This document shows positions 48,347 to 57,008 of a stretch of 64,000 nucleotides of DNA, one piece after another; within the stretch, counting starts at the first letter, position 1; each line of letters begins with the position of its first letter. The DNA is taken from sequence record PZ534534.1; one strand, 5' to 3'. The position numbers and the translations under genes are program-made. Below the pieces are notes generated by a model. The model saw only the letters and a program-made list of their open reading frames with translations, was not told the DNA's origin and did not search any database. The stretch comes from a phage.

Positions 48347-48718
48347 ATGGAATTTATTATTTTGGCTGTATTGGTTGCCTTGTTTAACGCCTGGATCGCT
48401 GGCAAGATGGGAAGATCCGCCTTTTTATGGTTTATTATATCTATTTTCCTGGGGGTGGTTGCAACTATTGTATTGGTTATCCTTGCAATTGTTGACAAGG
48501 GGAATAATAGAAAGGGTAAAGTATTTTCAGACCTGTACGACGCTCAAACGTTTGTCAACGCCTATTATAGTGATCTTCCAGTCTCCCTACGTTGCAGCCT
48601 TGCACAACAGGTTTTCGATGAAGCTAAAACCAGAGATCACGCCCATGAGATTTGTTTAACTGAGGCGGATCGCTTATTTGAGAGGAATAGAAAATATGTG
48701 GGCCAGCCGTTTAAATAA
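48347..48718 (+). CDS. membrane protein (123 aa, two predicted TM segments)
   Basis: ATG after AAAAGAGG; MEFIILAVLVALFNAWIAG and FLWFIISIFLGVVATIVLVILAIV hydrophobic segments. Confidence 0.5.
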   Translation: MEFIILAVLVALFNAWIAGKMGRSAFLWFIISIFLGVVATIVLVILAIVDKGNNRKGKVFSDLYDAQTFVNAYYSDLPVSLRCSLAQQVFDEAKTRDHAHEICLTEADRLFERNRKYVGQPFK

Positions 48719-48937
48719 TACCACGTTAATTAATCCATTTAGTGAAGATTTGAGGCCAGCCGCCTGGCGGGATGGATTCAATAATGAAAGCTTTATTTTC
48801 AGGCCTGATCTTAAGGAATTTTATAACAATGGATCGAACAACGACAGAGATAATTTTTCTTGTAATGTGCGTGGTGATAATACTCCTGGGGGCCATTGCA
48901 AACCACGTCACTACTAACAGGAGGAAAGGGGGAGACG

Positions 48938-49057
48938 ATGACACCCAAGGATAAGCCCCGCACCGATAAGGCGCGCCGTGTTATGGTATGGCTGGAGATC
49001 ATCGCCCTTGAAATATTGTTAGGCGTAGGGATGTATTTTATCGCTGTACGCACCTGA
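48938..49057 (+). CDS. small membrane peptide (39 aa), absent from ORF track
   Basis: ATG after AGGAGGAAAGGGGGAG RBS; C-terminal TM WLEIIALEILLGVGMYFIAV; followed by terminator. Confidence 0.4.
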   Translation: MTPKDKPRTDKARRVMVWLEIIALEILLGVGMYFIAVRT

Positions 49058-49061
49058 TAAC

Positions 49062-49090
49062 GGCCCCCGATCCCTGGGGGCCTAACTTTT
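49062..49090 (+). terminator. rho-independent terminator
   Basis: GGCCCCC-gatccct-GGGGGCC hairpin followed by TAACTTTTC. Confidence 0.55.
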
Positions 49091-49113
49091 CAAAAAATTT
49101 TTCTTCCGGGGTG

Positions 49114-49141
49114 TTGCAATCCGGTCCAGAATATGGATAAT
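49114..49141 (+). promoter_or_regulatory. sigma70-type promoter with extended -10 (TTGCAA-16-TGGATAAT)
   Basis: Read directly; same AATATGGATAATA block recurs at 49951. Confidence 0.5.
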
Positions 49142-49201
49142 AACAATCAACGGGGAGACACTCCCCCACCACATAGACAAAGTTCCAAAAGGAGAAACAA
49201 A

Positions 49202-49402
49202 ATGAGCAACAATATCCGCGTTATTAACTTCAAAAAAGAAGAAAAAATTGCTGTGCTGGTTGATGGTCAAGAAATATTCAAGGGGTATTATGAAGATCAT
49301 CAGGTGGCGATCAGTATTACCCGCGTGATTGGTTATCATAATTTCTACCCCCAAGGCGCTGAGGCAGCAGTTAAACGAATCAAAGAGATTGTAGGCCTGT
49401 AA
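49202..49402 (+). CDS. small early protein (66 aa)
   Basis: ATG after AAAGGAGAAAC (track start 49133 upstream in same frame). Confidence 0.5.
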   Translation: MSNNIRVINFKKEEKIAVLVDGQEIFKGYYEDHQVAISITRVIGYHNFYPQGAEAAVKRIKEIVGL

Positions 49403-49404
49403 AA

Positions 49405-49450
49405 TTTATTTTTAGATGGTCTTGACTCCAGGACCATCAATAAAGTAAAT
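49405..49450 (+). repeat. conserved about 46-bp regulatory element, copy 3 (compensatory variant GATGGTC...GACCATC)
   Basis: Same element as copies 1 and 2, with paired substitutions that preserve the inverted repeat. Confidence 0.6.
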
Positions 49451-49493
49451 TTAAACCCTGTTAAAATAATCAGTGCAAAAAGGAGCAATGATC

Positions 49494-49793
49494 ATGTTTA
49501 TACCCGCCAATAATCTTTATTTCTTTGATGGTCAGATCGTAGACGGCGTGGAAGTTGAGATCACTGGATGTCAAGGCGGCCAGGTAATGATCTTCCGCAA
49601 TAGTGCATTTAACGATCAATTCATTACAATGACCATGGAAGTCAAAAAGCTGGACGATAAGAAGACACTCATTGACTATTCCGTGAAAGATCATCCAGAC
49701 TACCACATGATCTATGGTGATTTGTGCATTGTTGACCGTGACAAGGTGGGCGGCATTGTGATCGCTATTGTGAACGATGTTTTCTCTGAATAA
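49494..49793 (+). CDS. early protein (99 aa)
   Basis: ATG after AAAAGGAG. Confidence 0.5.
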   Translation: MFIPANNLYFFDGQIVDGVEVEITGCQGGQVMIFRNSAFNDQFITMTMEVKKLDDKKTLIDYSVKDHPDYHMIYGDLCIVDRDKVGGIVIAIVNDVFSE

Positions 49794-49933
49794 TTCCAGC
49801 AAATGATGCAAAATAAGGCCCATGGCAGGGCCTGCAGCGATATAATCACATAAAGGCTATGCGGTTGCATGGCCTTTATTATTTTGGCGCTACAGCGGCC
49901 CCCAAGGCGCTTAAAAAATTTTTAAAGAAGTAC

Positions 49934-49961
49934 TTGCATCAAGCCCTACAATATGGATAAT
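49934..49961 (+). promoter_or_regulatory. sigma70-type promoter with extended -10 (TTGCAT-16-TGGATAAT)
   Basis: Read directly upstream of 50019 gene. Confidence 0.5.
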
Positions 49962-50018
49962 AGGACGTGTCAGGGGGGCGGCCCCCAATCATTAACCGGA
50001 TAGATAGGAGTTAAAACC

Positions 50019-50303
50019 ATGGCTATTGTTACCGTTGGCGATGTAGTAGAAATGGAAGCAAAATACTTAAAAGCGGGTATGCATATCCTACGCAACGATC
50101 TTGAACTAGTCCTGACAATGGTTGACTATAATCCCGGTCAGGATTATCCAAGCATCGACTACTTTTTTGAGTATGTCGATGAAGAGCTAAAAGAGGATGA
50201 GGCCTATTGCGGTGAGTTCTGCAACTTCTTTTGTCCTGATGAGGTTGTAAAAGTTATCTATCAACCTGGCGTACCTTTCCCGCTGCATGCTATCAACAAA
50301 TAA
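50019..50303 (+). CDS. early protein (94 aa)
   Basis: AGGAGTTAAAACCATGGC TIR. Confidence 0.55.
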   Translation: MAIVTVGDVVEMEAKYLKAGMHILRNDLELVLTMVDYNPGQDYPSIDYFFEYVDEELKEDEAYCGEFCNFFCPDEVVKVIYQPGVPFPLHAINK

Positions 50304-50358
50304 ACCTGGCGGGGCCGAAAAGGCCCCCAATTATGAAAATAAAGAGAGGCAAATCATC

Positions 50359-50478
50359 ATGATGGAACAAATTAAACGCACCGAGGCTATTAATGGCAAC
50401 GTGATCTATTTTGTCAGCAATAACGAAAAAGGCGTACCCTATGCGGCGGTAATAGTACAACCTGACGGCGATTATTAG
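50359..50478 (+). CDS. small early peptide (39 aa)
   Basis: ATG after AGAGAGG downstream of GGGGCC-GAAAA-GGCCCC hairpin (track start 50287 upstream in same frame). Confidence 0.35.
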   Translation: MMEQIKRTEAINGNVIYFVSNNEKGVPYAAVIVQPDGDY

Positions 50479-50663
50479 TTTACTGTGTACGGCGCTTATT
50501 CTTTTGGGCGTCCGGTGCATGATAGAATTTTGAAAGTAGCGAACCCTACCGGGAAAAATATCACAGCAGAAAAATTTTTTGAAAATAGTTGACATGACCA
50601 TATAAGACTGTAGTATATAAATCAAAGGGGCAAGCCCCACCAACCACAAAGAGGATAAAAATC

Positions 50664-50843
50664 ATGGCTATTATTGCAAAGACTGAGATCGTAGGCTTGG
50701 ATTCTATTCTCCTCGCATATGAGGAAGCTATAGAAATGTATGTGGTTTCCTATGGTGAGTATATCCGTGAATATAAATCTATTGATCTGGCTTTTGAATG
50801 TTATATTCGCCAGGTTAATAAAGCGTACGATGATTATCGTTAA
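50664..50843 (+). CDS. small early protein (59 aa), absent from ORF track
   Basis: Leader hairpin GGGGCAAGCCCC + ACCACAAAGAGGATAAAAATC RBS + ATG; TTGACA promoter at 50589. Confidence 0.5.
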   Translation: MAIIAKTEIVGLDSILLAYEEAIEMYVVSYGEYIREYKSIDLAFECYIRQVNKAYDDYR

Positions 50844-50933
50844 AATAGTTTGAAAACAAACAACCATCTTACAAAGCATAATACATAAGGCGGTGGAATG
50901 GTCCGCCACCTGGAACAAGAAGAGGAAAACAAG

Positions 50934-51038
50934 ATGAAACAGAAATTAATTGATGCGGTGATCCTAGCTATTGCCCTGGGTATTGGCCTGATTGCAACCA
51001 TGTCTAATATGATCTTGTCTTCCAACGGTATCGGGTGA
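50934..51038 (+). CDS. small membrane peptide (34 aa), absent from ORF track
   Basis: AAGAAGAGGAAAAC RBS; hydrophobic AVILAIALGIGLIA. Confidence 0.35.
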   Translation: MKQKLIDAVILAIALGIGLIATMSNMILSSNGIG

Positions 51039-51047
51039 GGTTGGCAA

Positions 51048-51263
51048 ATGATCACTAACAAAACAGGCAAAACAGAATTTTTACGCAACTTACAGATCGG
51101 CAAGCCTGAGATCTGGTATTGCACTAAAACACCACGTGACGAAATGAAAGACTTCACCGCCACGCTGCAACGGGTAAAGATATCCATCACGCAGAAAAAG
51201 GCCTTATTAGTGGTGGAAGGTGAGATCCCCCAAACCGTTGTTATAGTTGAGCGTACAGCATAG
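51048..51263 (+). CDS. small early protein (71 aa)
   Basis: GAGGT RBS. Confidence 0.5.
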   Translation: MITNKTGKTEFLRNLQIGKPEIWYCTKTPRDEMKDFTATLQRVKISITQKKALLVVEGEIPQTVVIVERTA

Positions 51264-51354
51264 TTTAATTTATACCGATACCCGAAAATTAACCAACAAA
51301 GCATAAACAGGCGGTTACCGCCGCCTTAAACGTAGCAGAAAGAGGATAGACACA

Positions 51355-51639
51355 ATGAAAAAGATGATCGCAGTGGTTGCCCTAGTTGTTGGACTTAATG
51401 CGCCTGTAATGGCCAAAGAGCTGGCAAAAGAGGTTAATCTAACGGATATTCATGCCGTCAATCGAATCGGGGTTACTTATCGCTTATGCCTTGCCACTAA
51501 AACTTTTAAGGACGGCACAACAGAGTACTACGGATTCGAGGGTGTCCGGTGCGGTGAGCTTGCTCGCGACCTTAAGGAAGATCCAGACCTGGAAGATCTG
51601 CCCATCACCGTAAACGGTAAAGCTTACGTAAACCGTTAA
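51355..51639 (+). CDS. secreted small protein with signal peptide (94 aa)
   Basis: AAAGAGGA RBS; N-terminal MKKMIAVVALVVGLNAPVMA signal-peptide-like segment. Confidence 0.55.
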   Translation: MKKMIAVVALVVGLNAPVMAKELAKEVNLTDIHAVNRIGVTYRLCLATKTFKDGTTEYYGFEGVRCGELARDLKEDPDLEDLPITVNGKAYVNR

Positions 51640-51641
51640 CC

Positions 51642-51776
51642 ATGAGAAAGATAATCATCACCTTGGGGATTGTGGTGGCAATATTGGCGCTCTTTCCCCT
51701 TATGGTTAGGTATGTGCTGATCGGTATTGTCCTGGTAGTCAGTGATCTATTGGAAACGGTTGGCACCTTGTTTTAA
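51642..51776 (+). CDS. small membrane peptide (44 aa), absent from ORF track
   Basis: ATG 2 nt after upstream stop (coupled); two hydrophobic stretches. Confidence 0.3.
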   Translation: MRKIIITLGIVVAILALFPLMVRYVLIGIVLVVSDLLETVGTLF

Positions 51777-51788
51777 AGAGCGGTAAAA

Positions 51789-51980
51789 ATGAATATCGAA
51801 CAAGTTAGAAAGGTATTGGCGGTACTGCGTTATCATAATCATAGAAAGGTTATAGACGATCCTGATTATGTTGATTCAAGTCTGGAAGGGGATACACTGC
51901 AAGCCATAAGCAACATGCAAGAATTGCTAAAGCGCATGACAGAGAAAAACCGACCGGACTACATAGGCGAAAAAATATAA
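51789..51980 (+). CDS. small early protein (63 aa)
   Basis: ORF from track; weak terminator-like hairpin follows. Confidence 0.45.
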   Translation: MNIEQVRKVLAVLRYHNHRKVIDDPDYVDSSLEGDTLQAISNMQELLKRMTEKNRPDYIGEKI

Positions 51981-52192
51981 TATTTATAAACTACAAAACA
52001 GGGCTTGCAATGGTCCTGTTTTTTGTTATACTTGTTTCACGGCAGGCACCTGGCGACAGGGGGAGACAATCACCGGGTGTGCCTGCTATATAAAAACTAT
52101 AAAAACCGTTGACATCTGCCAGGTGGTGGGGTAGCATTTATCTCGAAGGGGGCAAAAGCGCCCACACAACAACCGGAAGAGAGGAAAACGCC

Positions 52193-52465
52193 ATGTTAAG
52201 CTGGATTAACCAAGAAGTTGAATCACGTTTTAATGCTATTTGGGATCTCATCGAAAAAGAGGACGGAACATCAAGCCCTTATCTCAATAATCTTGAATTC
52301 CATTTCGTGGAAGCGATGAACGCAGAACATGATCACGAAGGTGGTGCGGATGAATTCGCTAAAGGATATGGCTTCAACAATGCCAACGAAATGATCGAGG
52401 CGGTTGTACTCCAGGCTGAGGAAGATTATCAATTAAAAACGCTTGAATTCTGCCGCCGTAAGTAA
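52193..52465 (+). CDS. early protein (90 aa)
   Basis: ATG after GGAAGAGAGGAAAAC preceded by leader hairpin (track start 52109 lies in promoter). Confidence 0.5.
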   Translation: MLSWINQEVESRFNAIWDLIEKEDGTSSPYLNNLEFHFVEAMNAEHDHEGGADEFAKGYGFNNANEMIEAVVLQAEEDYQLKTLEFCRRK

Positions 52466-52525
52466 TAAGATAATGACACGGGCCAAAAGGCCCACTAATC
52501 AGAACCACACAAAGGGAGAAAGAAA

Positions 52526-52744
52526 ATGACAACCCGTAAAATTAAAGTTGTTTGCATTGAATCGACTGGGGGCGCTTTTGTAGTTGGTCAGGAATATAAT
52601 GCGGTTTTAATGGGTACGGATTGGAAGGTTAAAGGCCTTAATGGTTACGAGTACGGCACTACTTGCGGCTTGCGTGGTCGAATCGGATACGTGAGTTTAG
52701 ACAATAAAGAAAAATTTGTTTTCGACACCCTTGTGAGTAAATAG
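52526..52744 (+). CDS. small early protein (72 aa)
   Basis: Leader hairpin GGGCCAAAAGGCCC + CACACAAAGGGAGAAAG RBS. Confidence 0.55.
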   Translation: MTTRKIKVVCIESTGGAFVVGQEYNAVLMGTDWKVKGLNGYEYGTTCGLRGRIGYVSLDNKEKFVFDTLVSK

Positions 52745-52822
52745 CATGAATTGCTAAAAACTGATCTGCGAACTGCTGTATTATCAACTAATCAAAACGA
52801 ACCACATAAAGAGGAAAACATC

Positions 52823-53086
52823 ATGAAACGTCTGGATCAGCTTAAATTAGTTCAGTACATGGCCTACAGAATTCTTGAAGTCCAAAAAGGTAGCAAAAAA
52901 GAGGTTTGCGAGAAAGCTTATAAGATCTTTACTCGCAAAAAAGATGACTGGATGCTACGCCAGACCAAAAAATCCGATATCCTGGGGTACCTGGAAGAAG
53001 AGATCCGGCTTGAAGAGCAAGAAGAGATCCGCCGTAGTGAGGCAGATTATCAGGCAGCTTGGGAAAACTGGATGAGCAACAAATAA
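52823..53086 (+). CDS. early protein (87 aa)
   Basis: ATG after CATAAAGAGGAAAACATC (track start 52751 upstream in same frame). Confidence 0.5.
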   Translation: MKRLDQLKLVQYMAYRILEVQKGSKKEVCEKAYKIFTRKKDDWMLRQTKKSDILGYLEEEIRLEEQEEIRRSEADYQAAWENWMSNK

Positions 53087-53152
53087 TACAACAAGTTACA
53101 TGGTCAGGGGCAATAAAGCCCCTTGATCACATAAAAATTATGCTATCCTTGG

Positions 53153-53181
53153 TTGACAGGGATCGGCAGTTTTGCTATATT
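53153..53181 (+). promoter_or_regulatory. sigma70-type promoter (TTGACA-17-TATATT)
   Basis: Read directly upstream of 53232 gene. Confidence 0.55.
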
Positions 53182-53231
53182 CTTTTTTGAAGGGAAGTTG
53201 TAAGAAAATTAACTGAGAGGTAAAAAACACC

Positions 53232-53651
53232 ATGAACATTAAATCTGATAATCCGGCATATAGCTTTGATAACGCTTTTTGTCACGGTCCGGCGGCGAAA
53301 GGATTCGAAATCGATGGTAAACTAATTATTGTCAATGTTGACGGGGAAGAGGTTGCAGTATATCCGGTGGCGGACGTTAAAAGCCGTCTACAATGCCGCA
53401 TGGATGTTACCGCCTATCAGCTTGATCCGGTCCGCATAGTTGCCCTGGTCCTGGAAGAAGAAATTAAAGCCATGCACCATAGCAACAGATTTATTGGTGA
53501 CGCGCAGGATAATATGAAAGTATGCCGCCATAAAGTTAATGAAGTGCTTAAAGAGTACGGTTATAAAGATCTTATGATCAAACGTGAGGAAAAATTCCGC
53601 TACCGTAACGACCTGGCAAATCGGATTTTTGAAATATACGAATCATTATAA
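53232..53651 (+). CDS. early protein (139 aa)
   Basis: GAGAGG RBS; last gene of plus-strand early block. Confidence 0.55.
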   Translation: MNIKSDNPAYSFDNAFCHGPAAKGFEIDGKLIIVNVDGEEVAVYPVADVKSRLQCRMDVTAYQLDPVRIVALVLEEEIKAMHHSNRFIGDAQDNMKVCRHKVNEVLKEYGYKDLMIKREEKFRYRNDLANRIFEIYESL

Positions 53652-53670
53652 TTTTTTAACTGAATTATCA

Positions 53671-53699
53671 AGGGGCTTAGGCCCCTTTCTTTTTGTCTG
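53671..53699 (+). terminator. rho-independent terminator
   Basis: AGGGGC-tta-GCCCCT hairpin followed by TTCTTTTTG. Confidence 0.7.
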
Positions 53700-56098
53700 C
53701 TCTTCTCCTACCATAAACGGCCCTACCTGGCAAGTGGAATAATTGACTAGCTATTAATCCCACACACTGTACAAATATACATGGAAAATAACTATTGCAT
53801 AATTTTTCATTGTGTGGTAGCAAGGCCATTTTTGCCCGTTTTCTCTCCCAAAATTGCACGTAATGCCGCTATTGCATAAATTTTAACCTGATGCATATCT
53901 TCAATATCTTGTCAACAAATAAAAATTCTTATAAGTCATACACTTACACAACATCGAAAGCGTGTCCTATGCGAAAAATCGAGTATAACTATAGCCGCCA
54001 GATTTCAGAATTTACGTACGCTCACCATTCTATAGCTTGCTAAGTATTTATTCCAACCATAGAATAACGGAATAGTCAATACCTGCATAAAATAATTATT
54101 CGTTTAAATTGCATAACATAAATCAGCTCAGGTGTCAACATTTTTCGTAAACAGTCCGAAATTGTCACGGCAAGTTATCATAAGCAGAGAAATCTTTAGT
54201 CGTCTAATGTTTACTGTACGTTACTATACTAACTGGAATCATTAGATGACTAACAGAAAGATAAGAAATAATTAATAATGTAATTGTTTTACCTGTAACA
54301 ATAAGGCAACTATGCAAACGAATGGCATGGCGCGACGGAGTCGCGACATAATATAAAAGCAGTAACCATCACCCCCGTGATAGTTTGTCTGCAAACTATT
54401 AATCAGATCATAGTTGCCTTGTATTTAGTTAATCATGACATAACAAGCAAGGCAACTATAGATCTGCTAATAGTTGCCCTGCTTTTATATTATGTCATAT
54501 ATTATTAACTTGTTAATTGTTAACTTGCTAATTGTTTTCATGCAAACGAATGTCATGGCTTATCATATCTGTGTAAACTGTCAAGGTGTAAACAGTCTAT
54601 GCGGGAACAATCTATACGTGAACAGTGAAACATGAAATAATAACAGTCGTTATTGTGCCATATTGTGTCCGGTGTGTCAGACAAGTTTTTCTCCTCTTTG
54701 TCAAGTGCTGCATGAAAAATTTACAAACTGGTATGGTAGCATTTTTGCGGCCCTGTTTACATTCAGCGATGTATGTATAATCCTTGTTGTGTGGGCGTTT
54801 AGACGTCTAGACGGTTGGAAGTCTGCAGGTCAATATCTAATCTATTGGCTGCTAACTATATCCCACACAAATAGTAAGAAATATGATTGTTATATGCGTA
54901 AACTGTAACTCATGTTATCAATCCCTGTATGTATCGCCAGTGGTGCGCATAATGGGTATTATGTTAAATTGCCCGTAATGATAACTATTCTCACAATGAT
55001 AGGTATTCTCATTCACCCCCACAAGATAGGTTGCAAATGTTGTGCCACTGTGTGAACGGCCTCACCTATTAATTTGCCTCACTGCCTCGATATTTGAGAA
55101 TTATTATAAGAATGAGAAGTATTCCCATTTCGTCCGCCTGGCAGCACTCCAGTCGCTACCGCTCATGACAGGGCAGAACTAGACCCTCTTCAGATATTTC
55201 TGGCTGACTCTTCAGGTCTGTGTGGGAAAAGCCAACCTCTCCGGCGGGGAAGGGGAGGTCAATTAAAAAATTTACGTGGTGTATGAAGCGCTCTTCAGGT
55301 AAGGCATGTGTTATGGGATGAAACCCTCTTCAGGCAATGATATTTGTGGGTGTGATATTTGCTGGAAAGCCAGATATGACGGGACTCCCGGCGGGGCAGG
55401 GGTAGTACAGACAAGGAAAATGTGGGGATGTGGTGGGAGTAAATTGATCAGACAGGTAGAGTATGGAATATGTTACAGGTATGTTAAATAGGGAGGCTGA
55501 ATATCTGTAAGATTTGTGTGTAAAATCAAAGACTTAAGTGGTGTTGTGGTATTTTCTATAAATAATTCAAGTTTAATAGGTAATATTTGTCTCTATCCGC
55601 CTTGTGTGGTAAACAGATTCAGATGAGATTGGTTTACAAGTGTATACATAATATACAAATTAAAGATACAAGAAACCCCCCTCCCCCTTCGGCTACCATT
55701 CACCTTTTCCTCTGACTGGTACTTAAACACTTATTCAGACTCTTCAGGTTATCACCCATATATCATATGGCAGTGACTGGTGTCCTCCGGCCACTCTTTC
55801 GTCACCCGTCCGCTTCGCCATGCTAATGCCATAGCCAATGGTTCGGTTGTTCACCCTGTTCACTCAGGTGTATCTCCATACCCCTTCAAACCGAAGAGAA
55901 CAGAAAACCCGAATTACTCGGTAAAAGAAAAGAGAAGAACTTAATTTTATCAGGATAGGCAAGAATGTCAAGGCATGACTGCTCACTAAACAAGCAAACA
56001 GTCATGTGTGGGAGGTAAGTGATTGTGGTGGTAGGAAATTTAGTTGAAAGATGTGTTATAGGTGCTTCCAGCACTTTAGCCGGGCAGCTAATTGTGTG
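53700..56098. other. 2.4-kb gene-free strand-switch region with nested palindromes and iterated motifs (candidate replication origin / regulatory hub)
   Basis: No convincing ORF on either strand; inverted repeats, direct repeats and six CTCTTCAGG copies read directly. Confidence 0.5.
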
Positions 56099-56395
56099 TC
56101 AGTCCAGCGGTTCATCCTCTACTTCACTGAAATCAATATTCATGGTCTCTTCCCAACCATCGATCTCAGCACAAGAGTGGAGTTCTTTAGGGTTTACTCC
56201 CAAAGCCTCAGCAACAGAGTCTATATTTAACACCTCTGGCAGGTATGATTCATCGAATTCAAGGTAAATCAGGCCACGAGTGTTGTCAGCCCCACCAAAT
56301 ATTTCTATCTTCATAAAATCTCCTCTGGGAATGAGAGTGTGAACAGGGTTTTATACGTTCCAATGCACAAGAATTATACACGTTTGCCTCTTCAG
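55186..56395 (+). repeat. six dispersed copies of CTCTTCAGG-type motif, all in same orientation
   Basis: Copies at about 55186, 55208, 55291, 55326, 55740, 56387, read directly. Confidence 0.5.
56099..56314 (-). CDS. small acidic protein (71 aa)
   Basis: GAGGAG RBS 6 nt upstream on minus strand. Confidence 0.5.
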   Translation of the reverse strand: MKIEIFGGADNTRGLIYLEFDESYLPEVLNIDSVAEALGVNPKELHSCAEIDGWEETMNIDFSEVEDEPLD

Positions 56396-56435
56396 GCCAT
56401 GCTTTAGCATGAGGAACCTGTGTGGGCTCGGTGCT

Positions 56436-56648
56436 TCATAGTCTACCACCTCTGAACTCTTCGTGCTCAGGCATAATAGAGAACCAGATATCTACGATGT
56501 CCTCCCACGTCAGGTCATCAGCCTCAGGATCTGTCTGGGACGAAGATGAAGAGTCCTCAGAATCTAAGTTTTCCTCTTTAACTGGCTCATCCAAGGGACA
56601 TATGGTCACTCCTTCGGATGTCTCTTCAGATGCATGTGTGTTGATCAT
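56436..56648 (-). CDS. small acidic Ser/Glu/Asp-rich protein (70 aa)
   Basis: ORF with GGGTGGA RBS. Confidence 0.45.
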   Translation of the reverse strand: MINTHASEETSEGVTICPLDEPVKEENLDSEDSSSSSQTDPEADDLTWEDIVDIWFSIMPEHEEFRGGRL

Positions 56649-57008
56649 GTTCCACCCGTGAGTATTCCGGCAACAGCCGCTATGGACGTAATGATCATCA
56701 GGATCACCACTAAAACTTCGGACAATGTTCTCATTGTGTACTCCATATTCTACAAACTATGTGTGGATACTATCACTGGATCGGTAATGTGTCAACAGAA
56801 ACGCCGCGAGGGTTTGGTTAAAATCCGAGCGTATGGTGATTTGGGTCAAAACGGACGTGCGTTCTCGCTACGCTCGAAAGAGAGATTTGTTTGTAGGAAG
56901 CTCTTAAACGCTCTGTAACGAGATTATCTGTCCAAGGTATGCAATCGTGCACCAGATAAAGAAAAGGACGCCACAGAGCGTCCTAGGTGTCTTAAATTTG
57001 ATATTTTG

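Noticed and set aside
45066-49450. Interpreting the 46-bp repeated palindromes as rho-independent terminators
   Set aside because: The T-rich tract precedes rather than follows the hairpin on the coding strand, and the opposite strand lacks a U-tract; a promoter/operator or RNA-processing role fits better.
54663-55491. ORFs of 81 aa (54663..54908) and 61 aa (55306..55491) in the gene-free region
   Set aside because: No RBS, atypical Cys/Trp-rich composition, overlap with repeat and palindrome structure; more likely non-coding.
53700-56098. Possible CRISPR array because of many short repeats
   Set aside because: Repeats are heterogeneous in sequence, spacing and orientation and include inverted pairs; no regular repeat-spacer periodicity and no cas genes.
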